From the human T2T-CHM13v2.0 reference genome, Homo sapiens, in the NCBI RefSeq assembly GCF_009914755.1, contig NC_060938.1: a stretch of 64,000 bases of DNA. The stretch is one strand, 5' to 3'. Shown piece after piece: positions 14,262-33,642 of this stretch (the first letter of the stretch is position 1; each line of letters starts with the position of its first letter). The translations under genes were made by a program, and so were the position numbers. A model generated the notes under the pieces. The model saw only the letters and a list, made by a program, of their open reading frames with translations. It had not been told where the DNA came from and ran no database searches.

Positions 14262-16065
14262 GACTACTTGTAAGTGCTTCTTAATTTTTCCTCACTTTAA
14301 TTTCTTGTGAGTCTCAGATGTACAGTTGTTTAAATAGCTTAAATATAAGAGTGGGTAAAAAAACTCAGGCCCTGAATCACCTTTGAGAGGCAACCCACGA
14401 GAACAACCCATTTCAGATGCAGGGCTTCTGTCTCCAGCCTCCAGCCCAGGGTGTGCGCACCTGCAGCTGGCCTCAGTGACACTCGCTGCAGCGGAGGTGG
14501 CTCCGGGGCTCCTTTTACCTTTGTTCCTTTCTTTAAGCATTCAACTTCTTTTCCCACTGCCATTAAAATCATATTAAGTAATTCTGAAGTGCTTCCCATA
14601 AACACCAAATGAGAAGTACAACCGTGAGAACAATTACCTACCTGTGTGGAATAGGTTATTATTTTAATTTGTAATCTGAGTGACATTCATTTTAGAGAAG
14701 AGAGTATTGGGGTGTGCACCCTCCCCACATGCCCCATTTACTGAACAAAGAGTGAGCCACTTTTTTCGTCTTCCTTAATAGGTAGCTTTAACCTCACTGC
14801 CTTGTTAATTATGATACCTGAGGGTAAATTCCTGTTTACTGGCTTTTAAACATTACAATTTTTATCTGCCATCGGACACAAAGAGAGAGCTAAGTTCAAA
14901 CTTATTTTATGGCTTATAGAAGCTGAAAGTCAGACAAGGTTAATATTGTCAGATGATGATAAATATGTGGTAATTTTAACTTTAAAGTGGACAGCCCTAC
15001 TTTGACGGTGAATTACATTTGCACAACTGAATTTCTCATTGAGTTGAATTTCACTTTAACAATTCCTGCCTCTGTGAGGACATCCAAGGCTTTCAGGTGT
15101 CTCTAAAATCTGGGAAAACCTACTGCAATCCAATTGTGGGTGACCTCACAACAATTTGTTGCTCTGTGCAACAAATCCTTGTGTTTATATTTAGAAAGAA
15201 ATAGAAAATGACTATTAGTGCCGATAGCACCCTGCTGACCTGAAGAGGGAGTTTGTGATGGAGGGGGTTTTCAGAATCTTGTGCCTGAGATAGGATGAAT
15301 TCTTTTCACTTGAACAAAAGATTATTTATGATGAAAACCTTAACCTATACACTGTAAGACAGACTGAAATGTAAAAAAGGTGAAAGGACTCTGAAACACA
15401 TGGATAAAAAAATGTTTTAAACATGTGTGCTAGGAATACAATTATGCATGATACCTTCAGTACTGAGTATTTGTTCTAATTTGTGAATTTTTTTCTTGTT
15501 TCAAAGATTTTCCCTCTGCTAAATATACTTAGATCTCAATGTGCAGATGTCTTTGCCAGCATTCAGTTTCTAATGTATACGTAATATTCTAAGCAAGTTT
15601 TTAGTAGAGATTATGAAATTAAACTGATACATTTAGTTTTTTTCCCCAATAATAATTATTGTGGATGCTACATAGAAATAACACAATAGTACATATTTTG
15701 AACAGAGTTGAGACCACTGTAGCGTTCCAATTGGTGGATTTTCTTTTTCTTTTTAGAAGTTCATGAAGAAACGAAAAAAAAATCTGCTTTGGTCTGAAAT
15801 ATGAGACATGAAATCTCAGTTGAGGAGTATAATTTGGAATTATTTAAACATTTTTCAAATGTCTTCTGAACCCTAACAAATTTCAAATTGACAAACAATA
15901 AAATTAACTATGATTTTGTTATTTCCCATCACCTCTTTCAGTAAGTAAGAAACAAAGATGGTCTACTTTTTCACTGTATTGGGCAAGCTGTAGGCATTTT
16001 AGCAAATAAGAAAAAAAAAAGACATGGTGATTTAGGATTTTTAAATTTAATTGATGGGCTATAAT

Positions 16066-16384
<319 letters not shown>

Positions 16385-16430
16385 AATAATGTTAAATAAA
16401 AACATTTAAAATAAATCATCTGTAATTCCA

Positions 16431-16855
16431 TGTCTGATAGGGTAGGCAAGGCTGCAGGAACAAAGACACCCAAACAAGTCATGGCTCAGGACAATGGAAG
16501 TTTAGTTCTTGCTCGTGTTAGAGTCCTGGGAATATAAACAGAATCGCCAGCAGCTCTCCTTTACACACTCATTTAGGGTACCAGGCTGACAGAGACTTTG
16601 CCATCTTCAAATTATGGCTTCTATAGTCACTATGGTTATTTCCATCACAGCCAGGTGGAAGGGAGAAAGAGTACAGAGGAGTGAGAATGGGAGGGCCTTA
16701 TGGGCCAGGCCTGGGAGTGGCACACAAGACTTCTGTTCCCATTCCATGTGGCTGGAACTTAGTCACATGTCTACCTAACTGCAAATGTATTCTAGCTCTG
16801 TGCCTAAGAAAAAGGGTATATAGATTTTGGTCAGTAGCCAATAGCCTCTGCCACA
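16431..16855 (-). mobile_element. Old MaLR LTR (MLT1I/J/K class)
   Basis: Terminus ctctgccaca (reverse complement tgtggcagag); gaagtttagttcttgctc motif. Confidence 0.65.
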
Positions 16856-17223
16856 GTCTAGCACCCTCCCGGCCTAGCAGAGTGTGTGATATATAGTATT
16901 CCATTATCATTTGTTGAATTGAGTATGTATATACTGCTTTCCAAAAACATGTATGTTTCTATGACGACACAATAGGATAGTCATGCTATTTCCTGTTTTG
17001 CTACTGTGACTTCATAGTTTATTACTTGTTTAGGTAGTTACTTATGTCCCAATTTGTTATAAAAAGAATTAAAGATACAATAATGTGGCAACATAAAATA
17101 ACTTGTTATTAACTAATAAATATTTTTCTATGCTTCTGAATAGGCTTAATAATTGCAATGCTACAATTAAATTTATTAAGGCTTATTCCAAATGTTGACA
17201 TATTTTTGCTTTTATACATATGA

Positions 17224-17527
<304 letters not shown>

Positions 17528-17937
17528 ACACATATGATTTAACATAACTGTAAAGGGATTATTTTTGTGCACATATATATTTATGTTGGTTGAAGTAGTT
17601 GCTTACAATAAATACTAGAAGTGAAAATATCGGATCAAAAGAAATAAACATTTTCATGATTTTTGTGAGGTATTTACAGTATTGGCAGAAATGAGTGCAA
17701 AGTTCAGTGAGGCCGCAACCTCATTAGTCTGAATGGCATTTGAAACGCATTTCAATGCCTAAAATGTGCAAAAATGATACCAATTGTTTTAATTTCTATT
17801 TCTTTGATTGTTAGTGAAATTTCCTTACTACTTTTCCCCTCTTTGGGGAAGTAATTCTTATCTCTTTAGATTTGATGACTTATTGAGTGCTATCATTAAA
17901 CATGCTACTTGGAAATAAAATTTATTTTTAAAATTTT

Positions 17938-18265
17938 GCCAGGGCACGGGAAGTGGAAAAAATGGGGAGATGTTGGTCAAAAGGTATGAACTTTGAGTAA
18001 TAAGATTAATAAGTATCTAATTTACAGTGTAATGACTATAATTAATGCTGTATTGTACACCTGAAATGTTCTAAGAGAGTAGATCTTAAGTGTTCTCACC
18101 CCACACCCCACCACACAATGGTAACTATGTGTGGTGATGGACGTGTCAACTAATTTGATTGTGGCAATCATTTTACAATGAATATGAATATCAAATCATC
18201 AGGTTGTACAGCTTGAATATATACAATTTTTATTTGTCAGTTATACCTCAATAAAGCTGGAAAAT
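17938..18265 (+). mobile_element. L1MA/L1MB 3' end
   Basis: gagagtagatcttaagtgttctcac...atggtaactatgtg...tatacctcaataaagctgg. Confidence 0.85.
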
Positions 18266-18288
18266 AATTTGTTTTAAATGGTATATAA

Positions 18289-18728
<440 letters not shown>

Positions 18729-19063
18729 TAGCTGTATGTGACTAATATTTCTTAGTTTTAGGAACTTTGTACAAAAGATTAAACAATAATGTGTTGTTAT
18801 TTTTTAAGAATATTTCAAATATCAGAAGATACAGAAAAAAATAGTGGGAAAAGTGAAAAAACCAATAAAAATAACAAGAGAAAGCCCTGGGTTCATGGTA
18901 AAGTTGAGAATTAAACTGAATTACAGCTGGAAACAGAAGTAAAGAAGAGGCAGAAACACGAAGTAACATGGGAGAAAGATGAATAGTTTTGGTCCTATAC
19001 TTATAATAAATGAGGATGTGAATTATTATATAGTGATTTTCATCTCTTAAGTAGACATACATT

Positions 19064-19180
19064 CCACTAGAATGCAAGCTCTGTGGTGACAGTAATCTTG
19101 CCTGTTCTTGACTGTATTCCCAGCACTTAGAAGGGTGCCCATTATAGTGGTGGGCGTTTAATGATAATTTATTAAAATAG
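19064..19180 (+). mobile_element. L2 3' end fragment
   Basis: ccactagaatgcaagctc...gtattcccagcacttaga. Confidence 0.7.
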
Positions 19181-19498
19181 ATTTGTAAGCCAAATAATTT
19201 CCAAATGGGAAAAATATACACCTTGAAATCTCATTGGAAAGGTGGCAAAAAAATAATACAAGATGGTACAGTGACCAGTGATTGTTTGATTCAAACACTG
19301 TATTAGGTCCATGCAAGTACTGTAACCACCTGGTTACAAACGGCTCACAGCCTTTTAAGTTGAGTGGCCATACCAAAAGAAGCCTTGGAAGGGGAGGGAG
19401 AATTTCACCCCACTATAATCTCAATGCCATCTCTTCTTCAAATAAGTGTGCTCTAATAAGGAGAACTGATGCTTTTATTAGTCTTAAAATATGAATAA

Positions 19499-19843
<345 letters not shown>

Positions 19844-19979
19844 TTAAACACACAGTCTAAATAAAAAGAAAACCCTTATTTTAATAAGGAGTAATGATAA
19901 TTCCCTTATACTTTTCTCCTTCCACTCTGATTGCTCTTTCTGGATAGAATTCTGGAACTGCCATTGTGTAAGACAAAGA

Positions 19980-21200
19980 AAATAATGACATGAATAACTA
20001 TTATACAAGGTTGGAAATGTTAGGGGCCCTAAGAAATGTTTAGGTAAAGTATTATGAGGGTTTGGGAAAAGGAATGATCATCCCTTCTATCAGTCAGCAT
20101 CTTTGGTTGCAAACAATAGAAACTCGTAGTGGCTAATTTTACAAAGAACTTCAATGGACGGGTAAGGAGTTCTTCGTGAAATTAAACTGTAGGTCAAAGA
20201 ACCCAACACTTGCAAGAACTAGAGTAGGGCAGCTACAGGGATCCACAGGTAGGAGTCATTGCTGGCCTCTTCGGGGCATCAGTGAGCTCCAGCCACTTTC
20301 TATGCTCACAAAACGAGTCAAGAGTCAAATTGCAGTGAGAGACAGAGAGAGAGAGAGTCCTAGCAAGTGCACAAGTACAATTCTGATTGGCCTAGCGAAT
20401 CTCATATCTCCATCCCCTCACCAGAAAGCCTGGGACATTTTGAGTTATAATTCTATCAAGACTGCATGCATCCCCAAGATTGATTGTATTCTCAAAGCAA
20501 AACCAATGCATCCTAGAAGAATCCAAATCATTCTGAAAGAATGGTGAATGAATAATGTCAGGCAAGAAAAAAGCCATTGGTGTCCACAATACTTATTGGG
20601 CTTGGGATAGAGGAGTCAGAGAAACCATCATGAAAGAGTTAATATTGGAATTAGGTCTTAAAAATACACAGCATTTGAATATGTAGGGATGAAGAGGAAG
20701 GGTTAGGTTTGAAGACAAGAGATCATGGTATAAACAGAGGTACAGATGATGGACCAGAGAACAAAGTCTGTCCTACAGAGGTATACAGGGAAGAGAAAAT
20801 GGTTCAGTTAGGATAGAGTATAGAGTAAGAACAAGCCATGAAGAATCATGAATACTAGCCTAAAGAGTTTGGATTTTATTCTGTAAGCAACTGATGGGCT
20901 GATATTTTTGAGATGGGAGATGTAGCTATGTAATTAGATATTGGAAGTAGTTATGTAGTTTTTTAAAGGGAAGATATCTTTGGTGACAAGGGATGGAAGG
21001 GAGGAGAAGAGATTAGATGCAAGAAAACCATTTCAGACATATTGCAAAAGTTTGGCCTTGAATTACTAAGGAGCTGAATGAGTATCATGACTGTAGGAAT
21101 ACAGTTGAAAAGAGAGGCACAAGAAACATTATAAAGGCAACATATAGCAACAGGGCTTGCTGTCAACCAATACCATATGAAGTGAAGCTGAATGTGGGAC
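19980..21200 (-). mobile_element. L2 fragments with an old MLT1-class LTR inserted (~20088-20589)
   Basis: L2 motif gagtttggattttattctgtaagcaa; LTR ends tatcagtcagc..ggttgcaaacaatagaaac and ggtgtccaca. Confidence 0.55.
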
Positions 21201-21251
21201 CGAAGACTCTATCATTAAAATTCCAGGAAATATCGTGACTGAGAAACACTA

Positions 21252-21562
<311 letters not shown>

Positions 21563-21767
21563 CTAGCAATGCAATTCAGCCACTGTTGCATTCCAAGTTA
21601 TTTATCAGTTGATCAAATATTCTTCATGATTACAATCAAGCTATTTGAAAAAAATTCTTAAATGCATGAATACGATCCTATAGCTTGAAACTTCAAAGTG
21701 AAGGGAACCAATTCTGACAATATATATCTACCTTTCATTAAAAACAACAGGAAAGACACTCCAGGAC

Positions 21768-22065
21768 TGGATTGGCAAACTTCTTCTGTAAAAGGTCATA
21801 TGGTAAACATTTTAGGCTTTCTGGGCCATACAGTCTCTGCTGTACTTACTCAACTGCATGAAAGCAGCTGTGAATAATATTTAAATGAATGAATGTGGTT
21901 GTGTTCCAATAAAACTTCATCTGTGGACACTGCAATTTGAATTTTATATAATTTTCATATGCTGTGAAATATTCTTTTGTTTTTTTCCTACCATTACAAA
22001 ATATAAAAACTATTCTTGGCTCATAGGCCATGAAAAAAGAGAAAGTGGGCTGGACTTGTCACTTA
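21768..22065 (+). mobile_element. MER58B-like (hAT-Charlie)
   Basis: ggcaaacttcttctgtaaaagg...gtgttccaataaaactt...ggctggacttg. Confidence 0.82.
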
Positions 22066-22257
22066 CTGTTAGTGTCATTGTCCACTACGACAGCACTGGA
22101 AATCAGGACCAACCTATCTTTCATGAGTCAATAATAATATGAACCTATTCTGAAAGTAGTAGTTGAACTAAGAAAAGGAAAATATGAGAACAGATTAATA
22201 TCTCAATAATTTATTCTGTTCTACTTGTTTTTGTTTCAAATGAATGGAGTTCTTTTT

Positions 22258-22362
22258 AAACTTTCTTTCCTAATGTAGCAAGTTTTTTTTTTTTTTTTTT
22301 TTTACTTTCCTTTCTAATGTAGCAAGTTTCTTTTTTTTTTTTTTAAACTTTCCTTTCTAATG
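22258..22362 (+). repeat. Tandem unit actttcctttctaatgtagcaag(T)n, about 2.5 copies
   Basis: Seen directly in the sequence. Confidence 0.9.
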
Positions 22363-22367
22363 ATGTC

Positions 22368-23203
<836 letters not shown>

Positions 23204-23618
23204 GCGTCGCATATTACTAAACAATTTCTATACTCTATACAGAGATCATTTTAATTGCTTCAATCGGGGGAAAGAAGTTATTCAAAATATGTTTAATGAT
23301 TACCTTAAATCCTAAAAATCAGAAGGAGTTATTCTGGTGGCAGCCTCTTTTCCAAGGCTTTTACCTTGGAAAAGGTAAAAGCTTCCATAAAATCAGAAAT
23401 TTATTCAGCAAATATCTTTGAGCACCTATTGTGCCAGGCATTTTTCAAGGCAAATAAATGTCCCCGTTTCCCACACCACAAACAACGTTTACTCTAACAC
23501 ATCATCTTTGTTGAAGACATTACCTTGATTGTGTAGTAAAGGCTCCTAAAAGCATGGGGAATGAAAGATGGGAGTCCTGGTGTTAGACTACAAAGTGAGG
23601 GGTGCTTTGAGGTGGTGA

Positions 23619-24135
<517 letters not shown>

Positions 24136-24374
24136 TGATATTTAGGTAGCTCGCTCCCAATGTTCCCAATGGGAAAATAACAGCGGATCCTCAAATAAGA
24201 GCCTACCTGCATGTGCTTGCATCTTTCCCAAGTTGTATTCTCTAAAAAGAAAGAAAAGCAAGCTGGCAAACACTAAGCACTCCACTGGCATGACTTCAGA
24301 ATGCTTGTGATTAAGATATTCTGCTTATTGTTAGTCAAAGATCTAGGCCTGCCTTGCTCCACATAAATAGAAGC

Positions 24375-24875
24375 TCCGTTTCTCAGCTGCCTGCGCGCAT
24401 CCTCTTACATGTCCTTAGGGTGCTAGAACAGCAGGACTTCTCTAAATGGTTCTTAGACTTGAAGAACATGAAAAGAAGCAGTGAAGGGCTCCTGAAAGCA
24501 TTTACATTGACAAGTAATATGTATCGACAGTACCTTTTTCCTTTTCCTGCTATAAAGTGAAAGTCTTTGTGTGCCGCTTTCCGTTGTTAACTCCAAGGGT
24601 AATTGAGGCGGCAGCAGCGTGGCCAGCAGCAGGAGTTGGCTGAAATTAATTAAGTGAGGCGGTTTGGACTGCACCGTCCTCACTCCCCGGCCACTCCCTT
24701 GTACTTTAACTGGTTGGGATTCAAGGGGCATGGAGCAGGAGGGAAGAGTGACGGGGCCATGCAACGTAGAAAGAACCAGAAGTATTTGTTTGGAGTTCGG
24801 TCATTTGTTTCAGGTGGTTGGAAAAGCCACGGATTTAAAGAAAAAGCCCCTTTGGTTTCTATAGCATGAGTCAAA
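24375..24875. promoter_or_regulatory. CpG-enriched unique segment, candidate enhancer or weak promoter
   Basis: ~15 CpG in ~450 bp by manual count; gcctgcgcgcat; TAAT motifs; AP-1 tgagtca near 24867. Confidence 0.4.
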
Positions 24876-24889
24876 GCAATTAAGTACCA

Positions 24890-25450
24890 ATAACAGCTAA
24901 CACTTATTGAACCCCTTTTATATGCCAGACACTGGTTTTTGTTGTTGTTGTTGTTGTTTGTTTGTTTGTTTGTTTGTTTTTAGATAGAGTCTCACTTTGT
25001 CACTCACCCATGCTGGAGTGCAGTGGTGCGATCTCGGCTTACTGTAGCCTCGACCTCCTGGGCTCAGGTGATCCTCTGCCTCAGCCTCCCAAGTAGCTGG
25101 GATTATAGGTGCATGCCACCATGCTCAACTAAATTTTTTTTGTATTTTTTGTAGAGACAGGGTTTCTCTATGTTGCCCAGGCTGGTCTCAAACTCCTGGA
25201 CTCAAGTGATCTGCCTGCCTTGGCCTCTCAATGTGCTAGGATTACAGGCTTGATCCACTGCTCCCGGCCCAGACACTGTTCTAAGAGCTTTATATATCAT
25301 TATCTTATTTGATTCCAATAACTCTCTGTGGTAGGTGCTCTTATTGTTTCCATCTTTCAGCTAATGAAACTGAGGCTGGAAGAGGTTAAGGTTTTCAGCA
25401 GCAGGCCCAGAATTCTATCGTTGGCAGTCTGACTCCAGAGAAGGAAGCCA
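24890..25450 (-). mobile_element. MIR split by an AluJ (24936-25269)
   Basis: aacagctaacacttattga...gaaactgaggct; Alu TSD ccagacactg. Confidence 0.85.
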
Positions 25451-27354
25451 TCCACTGTGCAGGGCAGTGATGCCTCAGAGATAGTCGAATGCCTGATTGT
25501 TATTTCCCTCTAGATTTACATCCTTGATTTTTGTGCCAGATGAGGGTATAGATTTGTATGTCTTAGTTGAAGAGGAAATAAAGTTAAATCATAAAGAAGA
25601 AAATGCTAGAAAAGTATGATGTTCGAAAAACTGCAAAGAGTTTGTGCCTTTTTTTCCCCCAACTGGCTGCTAACACATTTCTTGCTGTAGAGAAGTACAT
25701 ACAGTACAACAGTACTAGATTCTATATAAAGCAATTTATTATTTTTTGAAAAGTGATAATGGCCTTGTTTTCATCTTAAGAGTTGAGAGTGGCAAAAGAC
25801 TGATAGCACCCTCAGAAGCATGCACTCAGCAAGATTCCCTAAATAGTTCTTTCCTCTCCAGTCCTGACCAAGTAACCTCTGGGCCATTCTATTCCTGGGA
25901 ATCTCCTGTATAGGGCCCTGAAGAGTATGCTGATGCCTGCAACATCCTTTTAGGGTTTGAAGACCTGTAGACAAATGGCTCCTGGGGACAGGGAACATAT
26001 CAAAACATAATCCTCACTCATAACAGAATTGAGTTTGGTTTGAACCCAGCAATCAAGGAATGAAAGGTGAGTGCATTAACCTACCATGTTATCTGTATAG
26101 GAGTTTTATATCTTAAATGGAACAGACATCCCTGCAAAACAATAATGGACTGAGATTAATGAGTTACAGGTGACCCTCAGACACGGGAAGGTTGACTTTG
26201 GATAAGCACCCACAAAGGTCAAGTGCTTATCTGAATTAACCACAAGTCTTGGATCTGGGGTAAAAATAAAGGACGAGAAATACCCCAGGGAGAGGCTTTC
26301 TTTAACCTGAGTTTTGTGTTCTTTCTTACCTTCTGCTAAATTCTGCATTGGATTGGACAAGCCCTTTTCTTGTGCCGTTTCCACACACATCTCTGGCCTA
26401 CACTAGATCTTAGCATTGTGGAAACAGCATGAAAACCCAGAGCAATGCTTTTCAGACATCCAGGGTCTCAGGATGTATGTTGTAGATCAAATATTTTTGT
26501 TAACATAGCATTGGGTCTTTTTGACAGAGAGTTTATGACAGCAGGATGGAATCTTTGTAACTATAGTCACTTTTGCCTGGTACTGACGGGAGGATTTGCA
26601 TATGTCTCATCGTACAGTACAAATATGGAGGGGTAACGATGACTTTCTCTATTGATTACTCTTGCCCTTAGGCTAGTTTTAATGTTTCCATTTAAGACAA
26701 TAACTCATCCCCAGAGCAGTGCTGTATTTTGGGTTATTGAAAAACACACCTGACCACCTACCTCCATTAAATGGAGTTATATAGCAACCTAGTGTATTCT
26801 CTGGAGAGAGTATCTGCTGGGCCCTATCTTAGGAGACGAGAGGGAACAGATTGGTAGAGACTGGGGATGGAGTTGAGGGGGCTAGGGACAGACCTAGATC
26901 AGCCTTTAGAAGTTCAGTGTAGAAGGTGGAGTGTTCCCTTGGCAAGGTGAGCAGACACTCACTTAAATACAAAACACCAGGGAGTCTCCACTGCCAGATA
27001 GAATCCTGGTCCAGGTGTGTTGTCAATAATAGAGAGACACAATGAGACAACCCTCATCCACCCGCCCCTGCCAGAACTTGGAAATAAGGGAAATAAGACA
27101 CCTACCGAGAGCAAAACTTTAAAAACAACGTGAACTAAAACAGAGCATAGATATGCAAAGTTTTCTTAGGGCCCTAAGAAACCTCATCAAATTCGTTAAC
27201 ACATGCAAAGAAAGAATGTGTTAATCAGAAGGGGGTTGGTGAACCCTGGGAGGTAGGGGGAAAAAAAAGAGCCCGTAAATCAAAGGCAGTGGAGCTGGTC
27301 CAGGCTTGTCCCTGGAAGGCCAGATCTGGCCAAAGTGTTTCAGACTGGGTTAAG

Positions 27355-28470
<1,116 letters not shown>

Positions 28471-28513
28471 GAAAGAGTCACTTAGCTACCATGTCTCTAA
28501 AGCCCGACTGTGA

Positions 28514-29012
<499 letters not shown>

Positions 29013-30142
29013 TAACATTTATTTCTCAATGTAAATTAACAAAATGGTACTCTGATTTGGTACATTAGACTTAGGAGAAAGATTAGGCAGTCTGCCCTAG
29101 GACGATTGATTTACTTTCTAAAAATATGAAGTTTCTGGTTTGCTATATTAAGAATTGGGCCTTTTCTAGACCACAGTAAATTCAACACAGCAATAACTTT
29201 GCCTGTGGCTGCTCAGGAGGGAGCCTGCTCTGCTGCCTTTTCCCCAAGAGTGGCAACTGACAACCCACACCACTCAATTTCTCTGGGCTGTGCACAATAA
29301 CCACAAGTCATCCTTGTCTTCTTGTTCTTCCTCTTTCTCTTCATTCTCCTCCTCTTTCTCCTCTTCTTTTTTCTTCCTCCTCCTCCTCCCTACAAGGTTT
29401 TCAGAAACCTAGGCAGGTAGGCAGTACTAGGAAAGTCTGTCAGCAGTTTTCAGATACAGAGCACTTAAATGGAAACCAATAAGAACAATATAGGATCTCA
29501 GACCTCAAAGAATTGTGGTATTAGACAGGGAAAGAAGAGAGAAATTCATGTAACATAACTGGGGAGCCAGAGAGAACCTAGATTTTGGTTTCACAATAGA
29601 AGCTTAGGGTAAGAGCCATACAGACTGGAGAAGGAAATCTGGATAACACTGTAGAGATGGTATTTAAAGCTGTGGGACTGACAACATCGTCTAGGAATCA
29701 AATGTTGTTAGGGAGAAGAGGTCTGAGCCCTAAGTTCTGGATCACTCCAACTCAGAGTCAGGGAGATGAAGAAATATAGCCTAAGACACCAGAGAAAACT
29801 CAGGAGAGCACAGCATCCTGGAAGGCAAGTGAAAAAGTGTTTGGGGGGCAGAGAGAGGAGGAGAGCGCTTAGATACATGAGATGCTTAAGTACAAATAAG
29901 ATGAGGACTGAGAACTGGCCAATGGATTTGTCAATGTCCTTAGTAAACTGAACACAGGACATTTTGATGGAATATTTGCTGTGGAGAGGGAAGAAGTAGT
30001 GGGGAACTGATTGAATTGGGTTCAAGAGAGAGTAAGAGGAGAAAAATTACCAGTGAATATAAACAATTTCATGGAGAAGTTTTGCTGTCAAGAGGTTCAG
30101 AGAAATGGAGCAGTAGTTGGAGGGAGATATGGCATCAAAAGA

Positions 30143-30482
30143 TTTTTGTTTTTATTTTATTTTAATTTAAAAAGTTTTTTTTTTTTTGAGACAGGTCTTT
30201 CTCTGTCACCCCCAACTGGAGTGCAGTAGCATGATTCTGCCTCACTGCTGCAGCCTTGAACTCAAAGGCTCAAGCGATCCTCCTGCCTCTGCCTCTGGAG
30301 TAGCTGGAACTAGAGATGCACACCACTACGCCCGGCTAGTCTTTAAAAAAATTTTTTTTTTTTCTGGAGACTGAGTCTTGCTTTTTTGCCTAGGCTGGTG
30401 TTGAACTCCTGGCCTCAAGGGATCCTCCCACCTCAGCCTCCCAAAATGCTGGGATGATAAGCATGAGCCACTGTGCCCAGGC
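30143..30482 (-). mobile_element. AluJ
   Basis: J-type gcagccttgaactc..ctcaagcgatcctcc. Confidence 0.9.
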
Positions 30483-30484
30483 TG

Positions 30485-30790
<306 letters not shown>

Positions 30791-31376
30791 TTATTTTATT
30801 TTTAATGAAAGAAACAAGAGCCTGTTTATATGTTATTGCAACAGTCCAGCAAAATGAGGGAAATTCATGATGCAGGAGAGAGGGGAGGGATCTAGTATGT
30901 GAGTCGGAGACTGGTCTTGATTGGCCTCAATAATCCATCCAAAGTCACAGAAGGAATGGTGGGGTATACAGGCTCTGATGCTAGTAGCTAGGGAGATGTA
31001 ATGGTGGGACATGAAGAAGATTGTCCTGGGCGCTTCTATTTTCTTGGTGAAACAGGAAGCCAGTGAATGATGATGGGTGGGCAGGTTGTGAAGGACTGAG
31101 GAGAGAAGTGATGAAAGAGTTGTTGAGAAGGGTGGAAGAGGGAATGGACGAGGACAATGGATGACAGCTGGGCAGCATTCATGGCTCACAGGAGGTTATA
31201 ATGACCATGATTTAGCCTGAGATCAACAAGCATGGTTGTGTGTTTTTCTCCAGCACATTTAGTGGCAGGGATGCAGACACAGAATGGGCAGGAAGTCGGA
31301 TTGAATTGGGGTGAGAATTTGCCAGTACAGTACAGTGAGAGAGGAGCAAGGGAGTTGAGGGAGCTTGGAAAAGAAA

Positions 31377-31793
<417 letters not shown>

Positions 31794-32111
31794 CTAAATT
31801 CCAGTGGAGTCAAAAAAATATGTGCTCCAAATGGCATTTCTGGCCCTTGTGCTAACAAATCTGTCCAAATCCTAGTGTTCAAATTTATTTAAATATTGAT
31901 GGAGATAATAATAACAAACATATACACAAATTGTTCATATTTTTCTTCTTTACCAGAAAATTAGGATAGTGCCCCAACCTCAGGTTTATAGTCTGTCAGT
32001 GATTCTTCAAAGGTTTTTAGAGAATAAGAGGAAGACCACAGAAAGGCCAAGATAAGACGAAATGTCAGGAAAGGAAAGGTCTGGAGAAAAAGCCTTTTAA
32101 ATACAATGTTT

Positions 32112-32406
32112 GGCCAGGCACAGGGGCTCACGCCCATAATCCCAACACTTTGGGAGGCTGAGGCAGGAGGATGACTTGAAGCCTGGAGTTCAAGACCAGC
32201 CTGGACAAAAAGTGAGAGCCTGGCTCTACAAAAATTTTTTAAACATAGCCAGGTATGGTGCCGTGCATGTGTAATCCCAGCTACTCAGGAGGCTGAGGCA
32301 GGAGGATTGCTTGAGTTTAGGAGTTCAAGGCTGTAGTGAGCTATGGTCATCCCAGTGCTCTCCAGCCTGGGTGACGGAGTGAGACCCCATCTCTTAAAAA
32401 CAAAAA
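32112..32406 (+). mobile_element. AluJ
   Basis: Full Alu; TSD acaatgttt. Confidence 0.9.
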
Positions 32407-33216
32407 GACAATGTTTTACCTGAGAACTTAGTTTATGGATGATATCAAGAAATATCACTGTGGGAAATATGTGCTAGAAACTTGATAATCACTTCACTGA
32501 GGAATATGGCTCTGAAATGCTGGCAGATGTCTTTGTGCAGTGACCACAAGATAGGTAGTTACCTGAAGCTTATCCTGTGGGAATTCTCATGTTTATGACC
32601 CTCTGGTCATCAGCCAAGGGTTATTTGGTAGTTTAGACTTTTAAATCAGAAATGGGACTTTTACATCATTTGGACCAATCCTTTCCAACTGTAAATTTTA
32701 TCAGTTTATAGTTGATAAAATTGGGCCCTAGCAAGGTGAAATCTGTTTTCTATATTCTGTGGTAATACAGGAGATACATTCTGGCCTCTGGCTGGGATCA
32801 AAGTATCCCCTTCTTCCAAGCTTCTGTGTGCGACTCGTTTCCTGTCATGGCCTCCCTTGTCCTGTATTAAAAGTGTGGCTTGCTCTCAGGATTGAGATGC
32901 CCTTCCCATGACCCAGGAAGCACAAACTTCTGGCTTCCTGTACTGTTATGCATGGGATGGAGCAAGAAGTTTTTGTTTCTGTTTTTCAAATTGGATACAA
33001 ACTTTATTAATGAGAACCATCAAAGACTGAGGGATGAGGAGGGAACAAGGTTTTCATCCCTCTTTAGAATAAATTATATAGAAGAGAAATAAAGATGATA
33101 AGTGAACTTTGTTGGAAAGAGTATAGGTTTTGGAGTTCAACAATAACACTAGTCAGTATACACTGAGTGTTTACTTTTTGCTGGCATTGTCCTCTTTCAC
33201 ATCTTGATGTCACTGA

Positions 33217-33642
<426 letters not shown>

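Noticed and set aside
26027-26066. Possible 40-nt exon ending in AAG|GTGAGT
   Set aside because: Strong donor but weak acceptor and a frame-shifting length; such sites arise by chance
31957-31983. Possible 27-nt microexon (KIRIVPQPQ)
   Set aside because: Good acceptor, but the donor GTTTAT is weak; insufficient support
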